Origin: Pyrobaculum calidifontis JCM 11548
GTDB lineage: Archaea > Thermoproteota > Thermoprotei > Thermoproteales > Thermoproteaceae
DNA length: 32,000 nucleotides
NCBI RefSeq assembly: GCF_000015805.1
Contig: NC_009073.1
Location: 990,001 to 1,022,000 of the forward strand
Direction of reading: 5' to 3'
Each line of letters opens with the position of its first letter. Position 1 is the stretch's first letter. The notes beneath the pieces were generated by a model, which saw nothing but the letters and a program-made list of their open reading frames with translations, had not been told where the DNA came from and made no database searches. Both the position numbers and the translations under genes were made by a program. This document shows positions 23,833 through 30,589 of the stretch, one piece after another.

Positions 23833-24317
23833 AGAACCTCAACCTCTTTATACACCTCACAGGCCAGCCGCTCCACTAGGCCGCACTTTTCACAGTCGCA
23901 CCGCACCTTGCCCCTGACGATGAGCTCCACGAGGCGCGGGTCAAAGCCGCGGGCATCTAACACCACGCCGTCGACGGCGTACCCCCTCAGCCTCTCCAGC
24001 TCACCCCGGGTTCTCACATAGTACAGCCCCGGCCCCCTGTACTCAGGACCTATGTATATAGGCACAAGCCCCCGCCCGCGGAGCGGCAACCCCCAAAGAT
24101 ATATAACGAGGTCAGGCCTCAGCTCTCTCGCAAGCGCGATCCAAAGCCGCCCCCTAGACTTTACAACGACGCCGCGCGTCGCAGTTCTAAGGGCCATGTA
24201 GAGACAACGCAAGTCCTCTCCCACAAGCGGCAGTACCCTGCCGTCAAAAGCCTCACAAGTAGGGACAATCTGGGGGATTTCTACATCTAGCAACTTGTCA
24301 GTGTACAGCAGAATCAC
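23829..24317 (-). CDS. Hypothetical protein (162 aa) with a C-terminal Cys cluster, between tbp and hjc
   Basis: The GTG start overlaps the tbp stop (GTGA) and the stop overlaps the hjc ATG (ATGA). C-terminal RCDCEKCGLVERLAC. No family recognised. Confidence 0.6.
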   Translation of the reverse strand: MILLYTDKLLDVEIPQIVPTCEAFDGRVLPLVGEDLRCLYMALRTATRGVVVKSRGRLWIALARELRPDLVIYLWGLPLRGRGLVPIYIGPEYRGPGLYYVRTRGELERLRGYAVDGVVLDARGFDPRLVELIVRGKVRCDCEKCGLVERLACEVYKEVEVL

Positions 24318-24913
24318 ATCTCCTCTTCTTCCTCTTCTTCCTCTCCTCCGCCTTCCTCTATGTACAATACGCCAAGCTCCTTCAGCTGGTTATACAACTT
24401 CTGCACCGCCGTGGCCACATCCTTCTCAGACTTGGCCCCCGTACAGACAATTTTGCCTGACCCAAATATAAGTATGACAACCCTAGGCGACGACATTCTA
24501 TAAATAAGTCCTGGGAACTGCTCTGGCTCGTACATTGCATTTTCAAGCATAAACACAGCTTGTTCTAGATCTACTTCAGCGTGTAAGTTGCCGCTTGCCA
24601 CAATGTTCTGAATCTGGACCTCTGGGTCAAAGGGGACCTCGGCCCCGTGGTCATTCAAAAGCTTCACCAAAGCCCTAACGGCGTTTTTCAAATCCTCCTC
24701 GTTCTTCGCCCCCGTACACACCATTTTCCCAGTGCGAAAAATCAAAGCGGAGATTCTGGGCTTGGTGAGTCTGAGGATTAACCCGGGGAATTGGTCTGGA
24801 TTGTATTCGGCCATGGGGAGTCTCTCTGCCAGACTCTCTAGGTCTAGCTCTACGCCTAGGTTAACCGTCGCCACTATGTTCTCAATGCGGTAAGAAGGGC
24901 CCTTAGAAGACAT
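24314..24913 (-). CDS. tbp: TATA-box binding protein
   Basis: Two TBP repeats (IENIVATVNLGVELDLESLA...FPGLILRL...ALIFRTGKMVCTGAK; IQNIVASGNLHAEVDLEQ...FPGLIYRM...ILIFGSGKIVCTGAK). Acidic tail GGGEEEEEEEEM. Confidence 0.97.
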   Translation of the reverse strand: MSSKGPSYRIENIVATVNLGVELDLESLAERLPMAEYNPDQFPGLILRLTKPRISALIFRTGKMVCTGAKNEEDLKNAVRALVKLLNDHGAEVPFDPEVQIQNIVASGNLHAEVDLEQAVFMLENAMYEPEQFPGLIYRMSSPRVVILIFGSGKIVCTGAKSEKDVATAVQKLYNQLKELGVLYIEEGGGEEEEEEEEM

Positions 24914-24919
24914 ACGTGG

Positions 24920-24942
24920 ATTTAAATACCTCTATTTAAATA
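24920..24942 (-). promoter_or_regulatory. Two copies of ATTTAAATA, 14 bp apart, upstream of tbp (the distal copy is the likely tbp TATA)
   Basis: Copy 24934-24942 is centred about 25 nt from the tbp ATG (24913). Copy 24920-24928 is centred only about 11 nt from it. Confidence 0.5.
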
Positions 24943-24964
24943 TGCACCACTGAGAATAGCAAGT

Positions 24965-24972
24965 ATTTAAAC
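24965..24972 (+). promoter_or_regulatory. TATA box (ATTTAAAC) for rps25e
   Basis: Centred about 24 nt upstream of ATG 24992. Confidence 0.5.
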
Positions 24973-24991
24973 ACGTGAGAAACGACACTCG

Positions 24992-25324
24992 ATGGGTGGG
25001 AAGAAGAGACCCACTTTAAGCCAGTTGGCTAAGAAGGCTGAGAAAGAGAAAGCTCAGCCGCAGCAGCAAAAGAGTAAGAAGGAGGTGAAGAAGGAGGAGG
25101 CTCCTGCTAAGAGGACTATACAAACGTTAGACGAGAAGGTGTTCCAGACCATTGCCAAGGAGGTGCAGTCTCTCAAGGCGGTGACTCCCTACGAGATTGC
25201 CACTAAGTACGGCATAAAGATGTCGCTGGCGTTCAAAGTACTGCGGGCTTTGAGAGACAGGGGGGACCTAGTCCTAGTGGCTAAGGGGCACCGCACAGAG
25301 GTGTATGTGCCAAAGAGGAGCTAA
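24992..25324 (+). CDS. rps25e: Ribosomal protein S25e
   Basis: 110 aa. Lys-rich N-terminus, then VTPYEIATKYGIKMSLAFKVLRALRDRGDLVLV...EVY, as in eS25. Confidence 0.85.
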   Translation: MGGKKRPTLSQLAKKAEKEKAQPQQQKSKKEVKKEEAPAKRTIQTLDEKVFQTIAKEVQSLKAVTPYEIATKYGIKMSLAFKVLRALRDRGDLVLVAKGHRTEVYVPKRS

Positions 25325-25977
25325 AGCGGTGTCCCCCCTCTTTTCACCAACTTCTTCAAGTTGACTACCCCCTCTTCTTTCATCTCCACCACGTCTATCC
25401 CCCTTAAGATTTCAAGTGCGGTTCTAACGACGCGGGGATCTGCCTTGGCCTTTCTAGCCACGTCTTCTATAAGCCTTAAGACTCCGACGCTTGGATATAC
25501 AGAGAGGTAGTCTAAAATGCCTGCCAACACGGCGTCGGCTCTCTCTCCGTCTACCTTGGCCTCTCGGGCCAGTATAGACACTAACTCCTCCCACCTCACC
25601 CCAGGCCTTGCCTCGCCCGTTGGTAGTGGTTTCTTTGTCTCAGTCTGAGGCGGTGGCTCTTTTGCCTCTTTCTTCTCTGTCTCAACTTTTGCAACGGGGG
25701 GCGGCGTGGCGGGCTTTTGTTCTTTCTGCTCTGTCTTAGCGGCCGTAGGTCTCTGCGCCCTTTGCTCTGTCTTGGTGGTGGGCCTCTGCTTTGTGCTGGC
25801 GCTTGTCTGCGGCTTTGGGGCGAGGATTATTGACTCTGCGAGTTGTAAGACAACGTTTCCAAACACAACCTCGGGGCCTGTTGCCAGGCATCCGGTCTTT
25901 GCGCATATTATGGTCTTTGCCAATGTGCCGAGTAGGTCTTCTTTGACTTTCCCCGCCTTGTATAGCTCAGAGATCAC
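25321..25977 (-). CDS. Hypothetical protein: small N-domain, ~70-aa K/T/E/Q/P-rich disordered linker, wHTH-like C-domain
   Basis: 218 aa, GTG start. The linker contains the tandem 12-aa units KTEQRAQRPTAA/KTEQKEQKPATP. The C-terminal GVLRLIEDVARKAKADPRVVRTALEILRGIDVVEMKEEGVVNL looks like a winged helix. Confidence 0.55.
   Translation of the reverse strand: MISELYKAGKVKEDLLGTLAKTIICAKTGCLATGPEVVFGNVVLQLAESIILAPKPQTSASTKQRPTTKTEQRAQRPTAAKTEQKEQKPATPPPVAKVETEKKEAKEPPPQTETKKPLPTGEARPGVRWEELVSILAREAKVDGERADAVLAGILDYLSVYPSVGVLRLIEDVARKAKADPRVVRTALEILRGIDVVEMKEEGVVNLKKLVKRGGTPL
25702..25773 (-). repeat. Two degenerate tandem 36-nt (12-aa) units inside the 218-aa ORF
   Basis: TGCTCTGTCTT recurs at 25727-25737 and 25763-25773 on the plus strand. 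It encodes KTEQRAQRPTAA / KTEQKEQKPATP. Confidence 0.6.
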
Positions 25978-25994
25978 AACTATTTCTGCGCGTT

Positions 25995-26000
25995 AAAAAA
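25995..26000 (-). terminator. Oligo-T (T6 on the minus strand) directly after the wHTH gene stop
   Basis: A6 on the plus strand abuts the TAA (26001-26003). Confidence 0.35.
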
Positions 26001-26225
26001 TTAAGCCTCTTTAACTTCTACAAGTCTCCAGTAGGCAATTTTTCCCCTCTTTACCTCTTTTACTACGTTTTCCTTCTCAAGTAGCTTGAGTATGTAAAAG
26101 ATCTGGGAGTGCGTAAGCCCCGTGAGTTGGATGAGGCGGCTGGTGGTAAGTTCGCCGTACGTCTTAAGAAGCTCGACTACCTGTTCTTTGCGTTCATGCA
26201 CCTTGTCTGTCTGCCTCCGCGGCAT
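26001..26225 (-). CDS. Small winged-helix DNA-binding protein (74 aa)
   Basis: VVELLKTYGELTTSRLIQLTGLTHSQIFYILKLLEKENVVKEVKRGKIAYWRL gives an HTH-plus-wing pattern. It has its own A/T-rich promoter after a T7 run that follows the HMG-CoA synthase stop. Confidence 0.65.
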   Translation of the reverse strand: MPRRQTDKVHERKEQVVELLKTYGELTTSRLIQLTGLTHSQIFYILKLLEKENVVKEVKRGKIAYWRLVEVKEA

Positions 26226-26260
26226 GTAAAAATATGTGGAGGTATTTTTCTGCCTACGCT

Positions 26261-26267
26261 AAAAAAA
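26261..26267 (-). terminator. Oligo-T (T7 on the minus strand) after the HMG-CoA synthase stop
   Basis: The A7 run on the plus strand lies 4 nt beyond the stop codon (26272-26274) and ends the thiolase-DUF35-HMGCS operon. Confidence 0.45.
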
Positions 26268-26271
26268 GGTA

Positions 26272-27324
26272 TTACTCGAATAGTTTAATCATTTTACGCA
26301 TCTTTAGATACTGGGCGTAGTCAACGAGTATTTTGTCTTGGAGCATTTCCTCGACCGTTGGCACGCCCATCTTCTGCCTGTCCTTGACCACGTCGGTTAC
26401 TGTGAAGACGAAGGCGTTGGACCCCGCGCCGCTGCCGAATGGCACGAGCAAGATCTTGTCGCCGGGCTTGGCTATGTCGAGGACTTTTGCAAATCCCATC
26501 AACGCCGAGGCGTTGTAGGTGTTGCCAATGTGCGTCACCACAATGCCGGGTTTGACCTTGTCTAGGGGGATGTTGAGCATAGACGCCGCGCGGACGGGGA
26601 ATCTGCCGTTGGGCTGGTGGAATACGACGTATGTGAAATCCGACGGCTTGTAGCCATATTTCTCCATCAAGCCTTTCGCCGCCCCGATCACGTGTCTAAA
26701 GTAGGCGGGCTCGCCTGTGAAGCCCTCGCCGTGCATGGGATACGGCGACCCCTCCCTCCTCCAGAAGTCCGGCGTGTCGGATACAAACGCGTACATGGCC
26801 TCGAGCTCGGCCGCCACGCCGTCTTTGCCCACTATAAGCGCCACGCCGCCGCTGCTGGCGGAGTACTCCAAATGCTCGCCTGGCTCTCCTTGCGACGTGT
26901 CTGTGCCCACGGTCATGCCGTACTCCACGCGCCCGGCCTCCACTAGGCCTATGGCGGCCACCAATCCGTCGCTTCCCGCCTTACAGGCGAACTCCATGTC
27001 GACGGCGAAGACGTTGTTGGTCAGCCCGAGCGCGTCTATGAGGATGGAGGAGATGGGCTTGACTGCGTAGGGCTTAGACTCTGTGCCCACGTAGACTGCC
27101 CCAATCTTCCGGGGGTCGATGCCGCCCCTCCTTATGGCCCTCCTGGCCGCCTCCACGGCTATGGTCACGGCGTCTTCGTCTATTCCTTCCACGCTTTTCT
27201 CATCGACGAGATACATGTCTACAATTCGCAACGGGTCGTCGCCCCAGATCCTCGACACTTCCTCGGTCCTCACCCTGTATCTCGGTATATATGCGCCCCA
27301 GCTTACTACTCCGAGCTTGCTCAT
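26272..27324 (-). CDS. Hydroxymethylglutaryl-CoA synthase (archaeal type)
   Basis: 350 aa. [14 protein letters not shown] start, catalytic Cys context [24 protein letters not shown]. Confidence 0.9.
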   Translation of the reverse strand: MSKLGVVSWGAYIPRYRVRTEEVSRIWGDDPLRIVDMYLVDEKSVEGIDEDAVTIAVEAARRAIRRGGIDPRKIGAVYVGTESKPYAVKPISSILIDALGLTNNVFAVDMEFACKAGSDGLVAAIGLVEAGRVEYGMTVGTDTSQGEPGEHLEYSASSGGVALIVGKDGVAAELEAMYAFVSDTPDFWRREGSPYPMHGEGFTGEPAYFRHVIGAAKGLMEKYGYKPSDFTYVVFHQPNGRFPVRAASMLNIPLDKVKPGIVVTHIGNTYNASALMGFAKVLDIAKPGDKILLVPFGSGAGSNAFVFTVTDVVKDRQKMGVPTVEEMLQDKILVDYAQYLKMRKMIKLFE

Positions 27325-27725
27325 GGCCTCTCCACTGGCCTAAACTTGTAGCCGTACATGACGAGGCCGTGTTTCCCGTCGACTACGACGCGTCTGAACA
27401 CCACCTCCACTTTGACCCCCGGCTTGAGCCTCTCGGGCCGCGCGTCTACAATTTGCCCGCTGACCTTCACGCCTCCGTCTAGCTCCACTAGGCCTAACAC
27501 GAGCGGCTTCTGTTTCAAGAAGTCTGTCCCCACTTGGTACAAGACTGTGTATTCCACGAGGCGGCCCTCGCGTGGAAGTTCGTAGTCCTCCAGCTCCGTG
27601 GATCCGCACTTGCACTTTGCCGCTGGCGGGAAGTACACGGCTCCGCACTTTTTGCACTTCTTGGCGACAAGGCGGTAGTACTGGGGGATGTTCCTCCAGT
27701 AGATTGGCACAGATTCGTGTTTCAT
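27321..27725 (-). CDS. DUF35 OB-fold/zinc-ribbon protein (scaffold of the archaeal thiolase/HMG-CoA synthase complex)
   Basis: 134 aa. [18 protein letters not shown] zinc ribbon followed by an OB-fold region (GRLVEYTVL...[17 protein letters not shown]). Overlaps the HMGCS start by 4 nt. Confidence 0.85.
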   Translation of the reverse strand: MKHESVPIYWRNIPQYYRLVAKKCKKCGAVYFPPAAKCKCGSTELEDYELPREGRLVEYTVLYQVGTDFLKQKPLVLGLVELDGGVKVSGQIVDARPERLKPGVKVEVVFRRVVVDGKHGLVMYGYKFRPVERP

Positions 27726-27759
27726 TGCCCCTCACTATTTCGACATTTTTATACTTTTG

Positions 27760-28866
27760 CTACAGTCCCATTAGGACAATAGTCGAAATTTTGTCCACGC
27801 CGCCCATGGAGTGGACGAGGCCGTAGCTCCCGTCTACGCGCTTGAACTCTCTCCCCTGCAGTTGCCAAGCCACCTCTACCAGTTGGTACACACCGGTGGC
27901 CCCCAGTATGTTCCCCCTTGCCTTAAACCCGCCGCTGTAGTTCACGGGGGCGTTGCCCTCTTTTATGATGAGGGGGGCTGTGCCCCGCCTAGCTAGTCCA
28001 AGGGCCTCAAGTGCCAAGATGCCGAAGATGGAGAACGAGTCGTGCACCTCGGCCGTTGCCACGTCTCTGGGGGTTATCTTTGCCTTGGAGTATGCCTGCT
28101 CAGCCGCCTTCTCCAGGCTGACCAGCCTGTCGTAGTCTTGGCGTAGGTTAAAGGGCGTGGGGTTGGTGGCCGTGGCCACGTGGAGTATGCGCACTCCGTC
28201 TCGCCTGTTGTTGCACAGCACGGCCGCGGCGGCGCCGTCTGCGAGCGGCCCGACGTCGTATAGCCGGAGGGGCTCGCTGACGTACTCGCTGTTGACGGCG
28301 TCTTCTAGCTTTATGGGTTTTCTAAAGTAGGCGTAGGGGTTCGCCGCGCCGCGGTTGTGCATGAGCACGGCCCACTGGGCCAAGTCCTCGTACTTGTACT
28401 CGTACTTCCTTAGGTACATCTTGGCCATGAGGGCCGCCTGGGAGAGGGGCGTGAAGCCGAAGTATCTCTCAAAGTACGTGTCCAACGTGGTGGCGTATAT
28501 GTCCTGTTGCTGGTTGCTTAAGACGTCGTTGGGCTTGTCGACGCCGACTACTGCAACGCAGTTGTACTCCTCGGCCCTCAGCGCGTGGTATGCCGCCGCC
28601 ACTGCGGAGCCTCCAGACCCGTCGCCGTTTTCCACTCTGTACACTGGGATTCCGTCCAGCCCCAGCGCCTCTAGGATGTAGACGCCGAGTAGCTGTTGCT
28701 TATTTGCCAACTCGGTGGTGGAGGAGGCCACGTATAGGGCCTCTATGTCGGCCTTCGCGTCTGCAATGGCCTTGTCTAACACTGCGGCGGCCATGTCGTC
28801 GATGTTTTTAGAATAGTGGCGGCCCACTGGGTGAAGGGCTGCGCCTACAACGTATACGTCTTTCAT
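27760..28866 (-). CDS. Acetyl-CoA acetyltransferase (archaeal acetoacetyl-CoA thiolase)
   Basis: 368 aa. MKDVYVVGAALHPVGRH, thiolase-like blocks AEVHDSFSIFGILALEALGL, NYSGGFKARGNILGATG. First gene of the thiolase-DUF35-HMGCS operon. Confidence 0.88.
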   Translation of the reverse strand: MKDVYVVGAALHPVGRHYSKNIDDMAAAVLDKAIADAKADIEALYVASSTTELANKQQLLGVYILEALGLDGIPVYRVENGDGSGGSAVAAAYHALRAEEYNCVAVVGVDKPNDVLSNQQQDIYATTLDTYFERYFGFTPLSQAALMAKMYLRKYEYKYEDLAQWAVLMHNRGAANPYAYFRKPIKLEDAVNSEYVSEPLRLYDVGPLADGAAAAVLCNNRRDGVRILHVATATNPTPFNLRQDYDRLVSLEKAAEQAYSKAKITPRDVATAEVHDSFSIFGILALEALGLARRGTAPLIIKEGNAPVNYSGGFKARGNILGATGVYQLVEVAWQLQGREFKRVDGSYGLVHSMGGVDKISTIVLMGL

Positions 28867-28873
28867 CGAAGAG

Positions 28874-28881
28874 ATTTAAAG
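28874..28881 (+). promoter_or_regulatory. TATA (ATTTAAAG) for HMG-CoA reductase
   Basis: Centred about 25.5 nt upstream of ATG 28903. The purine-rich CGAAGAG immediately upstream is BRE-like. Confidence 0.5.
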
Positions 28882-28888
28882 CCAAATG

Positions 28889-28896
28889 TATTAAAA
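28889..28896 (-). promoter_or_regulatory. TATA (TTTTAATA on the minus strand) for the thiolase operon
   Basis: Centred about 26.5 nt upstream of the thiolase ATG (28866). The minus-strand TGAAACA immediately upstream is BRE-like. Confidence 0.5.
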
Positions 28897-28902
28897 TGTT
28901 TC

Positions 28903-30102
28903 ATGGAAGTAAAGCTCCACGAGTTTGAGAAAATATACGGCGACGCCAACAAGGCGGCGGAGGAGCGGAGGAAGTACTTGGAGAGAGTGACCGGGGCCAA
29001 GCTTGAGAACATAGGCAAGACGATCATAGACCTAAACACCGTGGTTGGGCGCAACATTGAAAACGTAATAGGCGCGGTGCAAGTCCCCGTGGGCGTGGCG
29101 GGGCCCCTCCTCGTGAGGGGGGACTACGCCAACGGCCACTTCTACGTACCTCTCGCCACGACTGAGGGGGCCCTCGTGGCGTCGGTGAACAGGGGGGCCA
29201 AGCTTGTGACAGAGTCGGGCGGGGCTAGGGCCAAGGTGTTGAAGGACGGCATGGCGAGGGCCCCCCTCTTCCGCTTGCCCTCCCTCGTGGAGGCGGTGGA
29301 GTTCGTAAACTGGGTCCTTCAAAACTTCGAGGAGGTGAAGAAGGTTGCCGAGTCTACCACTAGGCACGGCAGGCTGAAGGAGATTCAGCCCTTCATAGTG
29401 GGTAACTACGTCTGGCTGAGGCTTGTCTTCTCCACGGGGGACGCCATGGGCATGAACATGGTCACCGTGGCCTCCGACGCCGTGGCCAAGTATCTACAGG
29501 AGAAGTTCCCAAACGCGCGGCTGGTGGCCCTCAGTGGAAACATGTGTGTTGACAAGAAGCCAAACGCCGTGAACTTCTTGTTGGGCAGAGGCAAGACGGT
29601 GGTGGCGGAGGCTGTGGTCAAGAGGGAGGTTCTGGGGCGGCTGGGGGTAACCCCCGAGGCAGTCCACGAGGTCAACGTGAGAAAGAACCTCATGGGATCC
29701 GCCTTGGCTCACTCCTACGGCTTCAACGCCCACTTCGCAAACATAATTGCGGCTCTGTTTATAGCCACGGGGCAGGACGTGGCGCAGGTGGTGGAGTCTA
29801 GCATGGGCATCACCACCACGGAGCCGAGGGAGGAGGGGCTCTACATCTCTGTGTTTCTCCCAAGCCTAGAGGTGGGCACAGTGGGCGGGGGCACGGGACT
29901 GCCCACCCAGAGGGAGGCGCTTGCGCTATTAGGCGTCGCCGGGCCGGGGGACCCGCCTGGCACAAATGCCTTGAAGTTTGCCGAGATCGCCGCCGCGGCG
30001 GTGCTGGCTGGGGAGCTTAACCTGCTGGTGGCTCTCGCTAGAAATGAGCTTGCCACTGCCCACGAGCGGCTGGGCCGCGCAAGGCCTCAGGAAAGGGCTT
30101 GA
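28903..30102 (+). CDS. hmgA: HMG-CoA reductase (class I, archaeal)
   Basis: ENVIGAVQVPVGVAGPL, PLATTEGALVASVNRG, GDAMGMNM, SGNMCVDKKP, EVGTVGGGT. ATG 28903 (MEVKLHEF) is preferred. The 29 upstream codons of the track ORF overlap the thiolase gene. Confidence 0.92.
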   Translation: MEVKLHEFEKIYGDANKAAEERRKYLERVTGAKLENIGKTIIDLNTVVGRNIENVIGAVQVPVGVAGPLLVRGDYANGHFYVPLATTEGALVASVNRGAKLVTESGGARAKVLKDGMARAPLFRLPSLVEAVEFVNWVLQNFEEVKKVAESTTRHGRLKEIQPFIVGNYVWLRLVFSTGDAMGMNMVTVASDAVAKYLQEKFPNARLVALSGNMCVDKKPNAVNFLLGRGKTVVAEAVVKREVLGRLGVTPEAVHEVNVRKNLMGSALAHSYGFNAHFANIIAALFIATGQDVAQVVESSMGITTTEPREEGLYISVFLPSLEVGTVGGGTGLPTQREALALLGVAGPGDPPGTNALKFAEIAAAAVLAGELNLLVALARNELATAHERLGRARPQERA

Positions 30103-30497
30103 GAAATTCTGTGGGCAAATTGCCGGATTTTAGGCATGAGGTTTTCCACGTGCCATAGCGGGTTTACGAAGACTATTAGCCACCCCTTCCCGTTGGGTAT
30201 TTCAAATATTCCGACTTTGTAGTTTGCGTATTTTACCACGACGTAGTTAAACTCGCCTAGGCTCTCGTCTTGGTTCTGCTTGATGATGTTGATTACTTCC
30301 ACGAGGTTTGTCACTTGTCGAAGTGTCTTGGCGGTGAGGGTGTTGGGGAGGTGGTGAATCACTGGCACGCCTCGCTGGTCTAGTATGGTCACGCCGTGGA
30401 TGGCGTCGTTAATAATCTCTGATATGATAATTCGCTTTAAGTCTGTGGCAGCTGACGGCTTGTTGTCTGACTTATGCGGCGAAACATAAATTACCAC
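30087..30497 (-). CDS. Roadblock/LC7 (MglB-like) domain protein
   Basis: 136 aa. HGVTILDQRGVPVIHHLP...LGEFNYVVVKYANYKVGIFEIPNGKGWLIVFVNP fits the Roadblock/LC7 alpha-beta-alpha pattern. GTG start. The 3' end overlaps the HMGR 3' end by 16 nt. Confidence 0.5.
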   Translation of the reverse strand: MVIYVSPHKSDNKPSAATDLKRIIISEIINDAIHGVTILDQRGVPVIHHLPNTLTAKTLRQVTNLVEVINIIKQNQDESLGEFNYVVVKYANYKVGIFEIPNGKGWLIVFVNPLWHVENLMPKIRQFAHRISQALS

Positions 30498-30589
30498 GAC
30501 AAATCCTTTGAGGTAGTATTTAAGCTTTTAAGCTCCTTAAGGAGAGGGTAATACGGCGGTTTGTTTTTAACCCACAGGTTGTAGAGAGC

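Noticed and set aside
25978-26000. Treating the 74-aa wHTH and 218-aa genes as members of the mevalonate operon
   Set aside because: A T7 run follows the HMGCS stop and an A/T-rich promoter-like element precedes the wHTH ATG. A T6 run follows the wHTH stop. Co-transcription therefore cannot be assumed; only proximity is reported.
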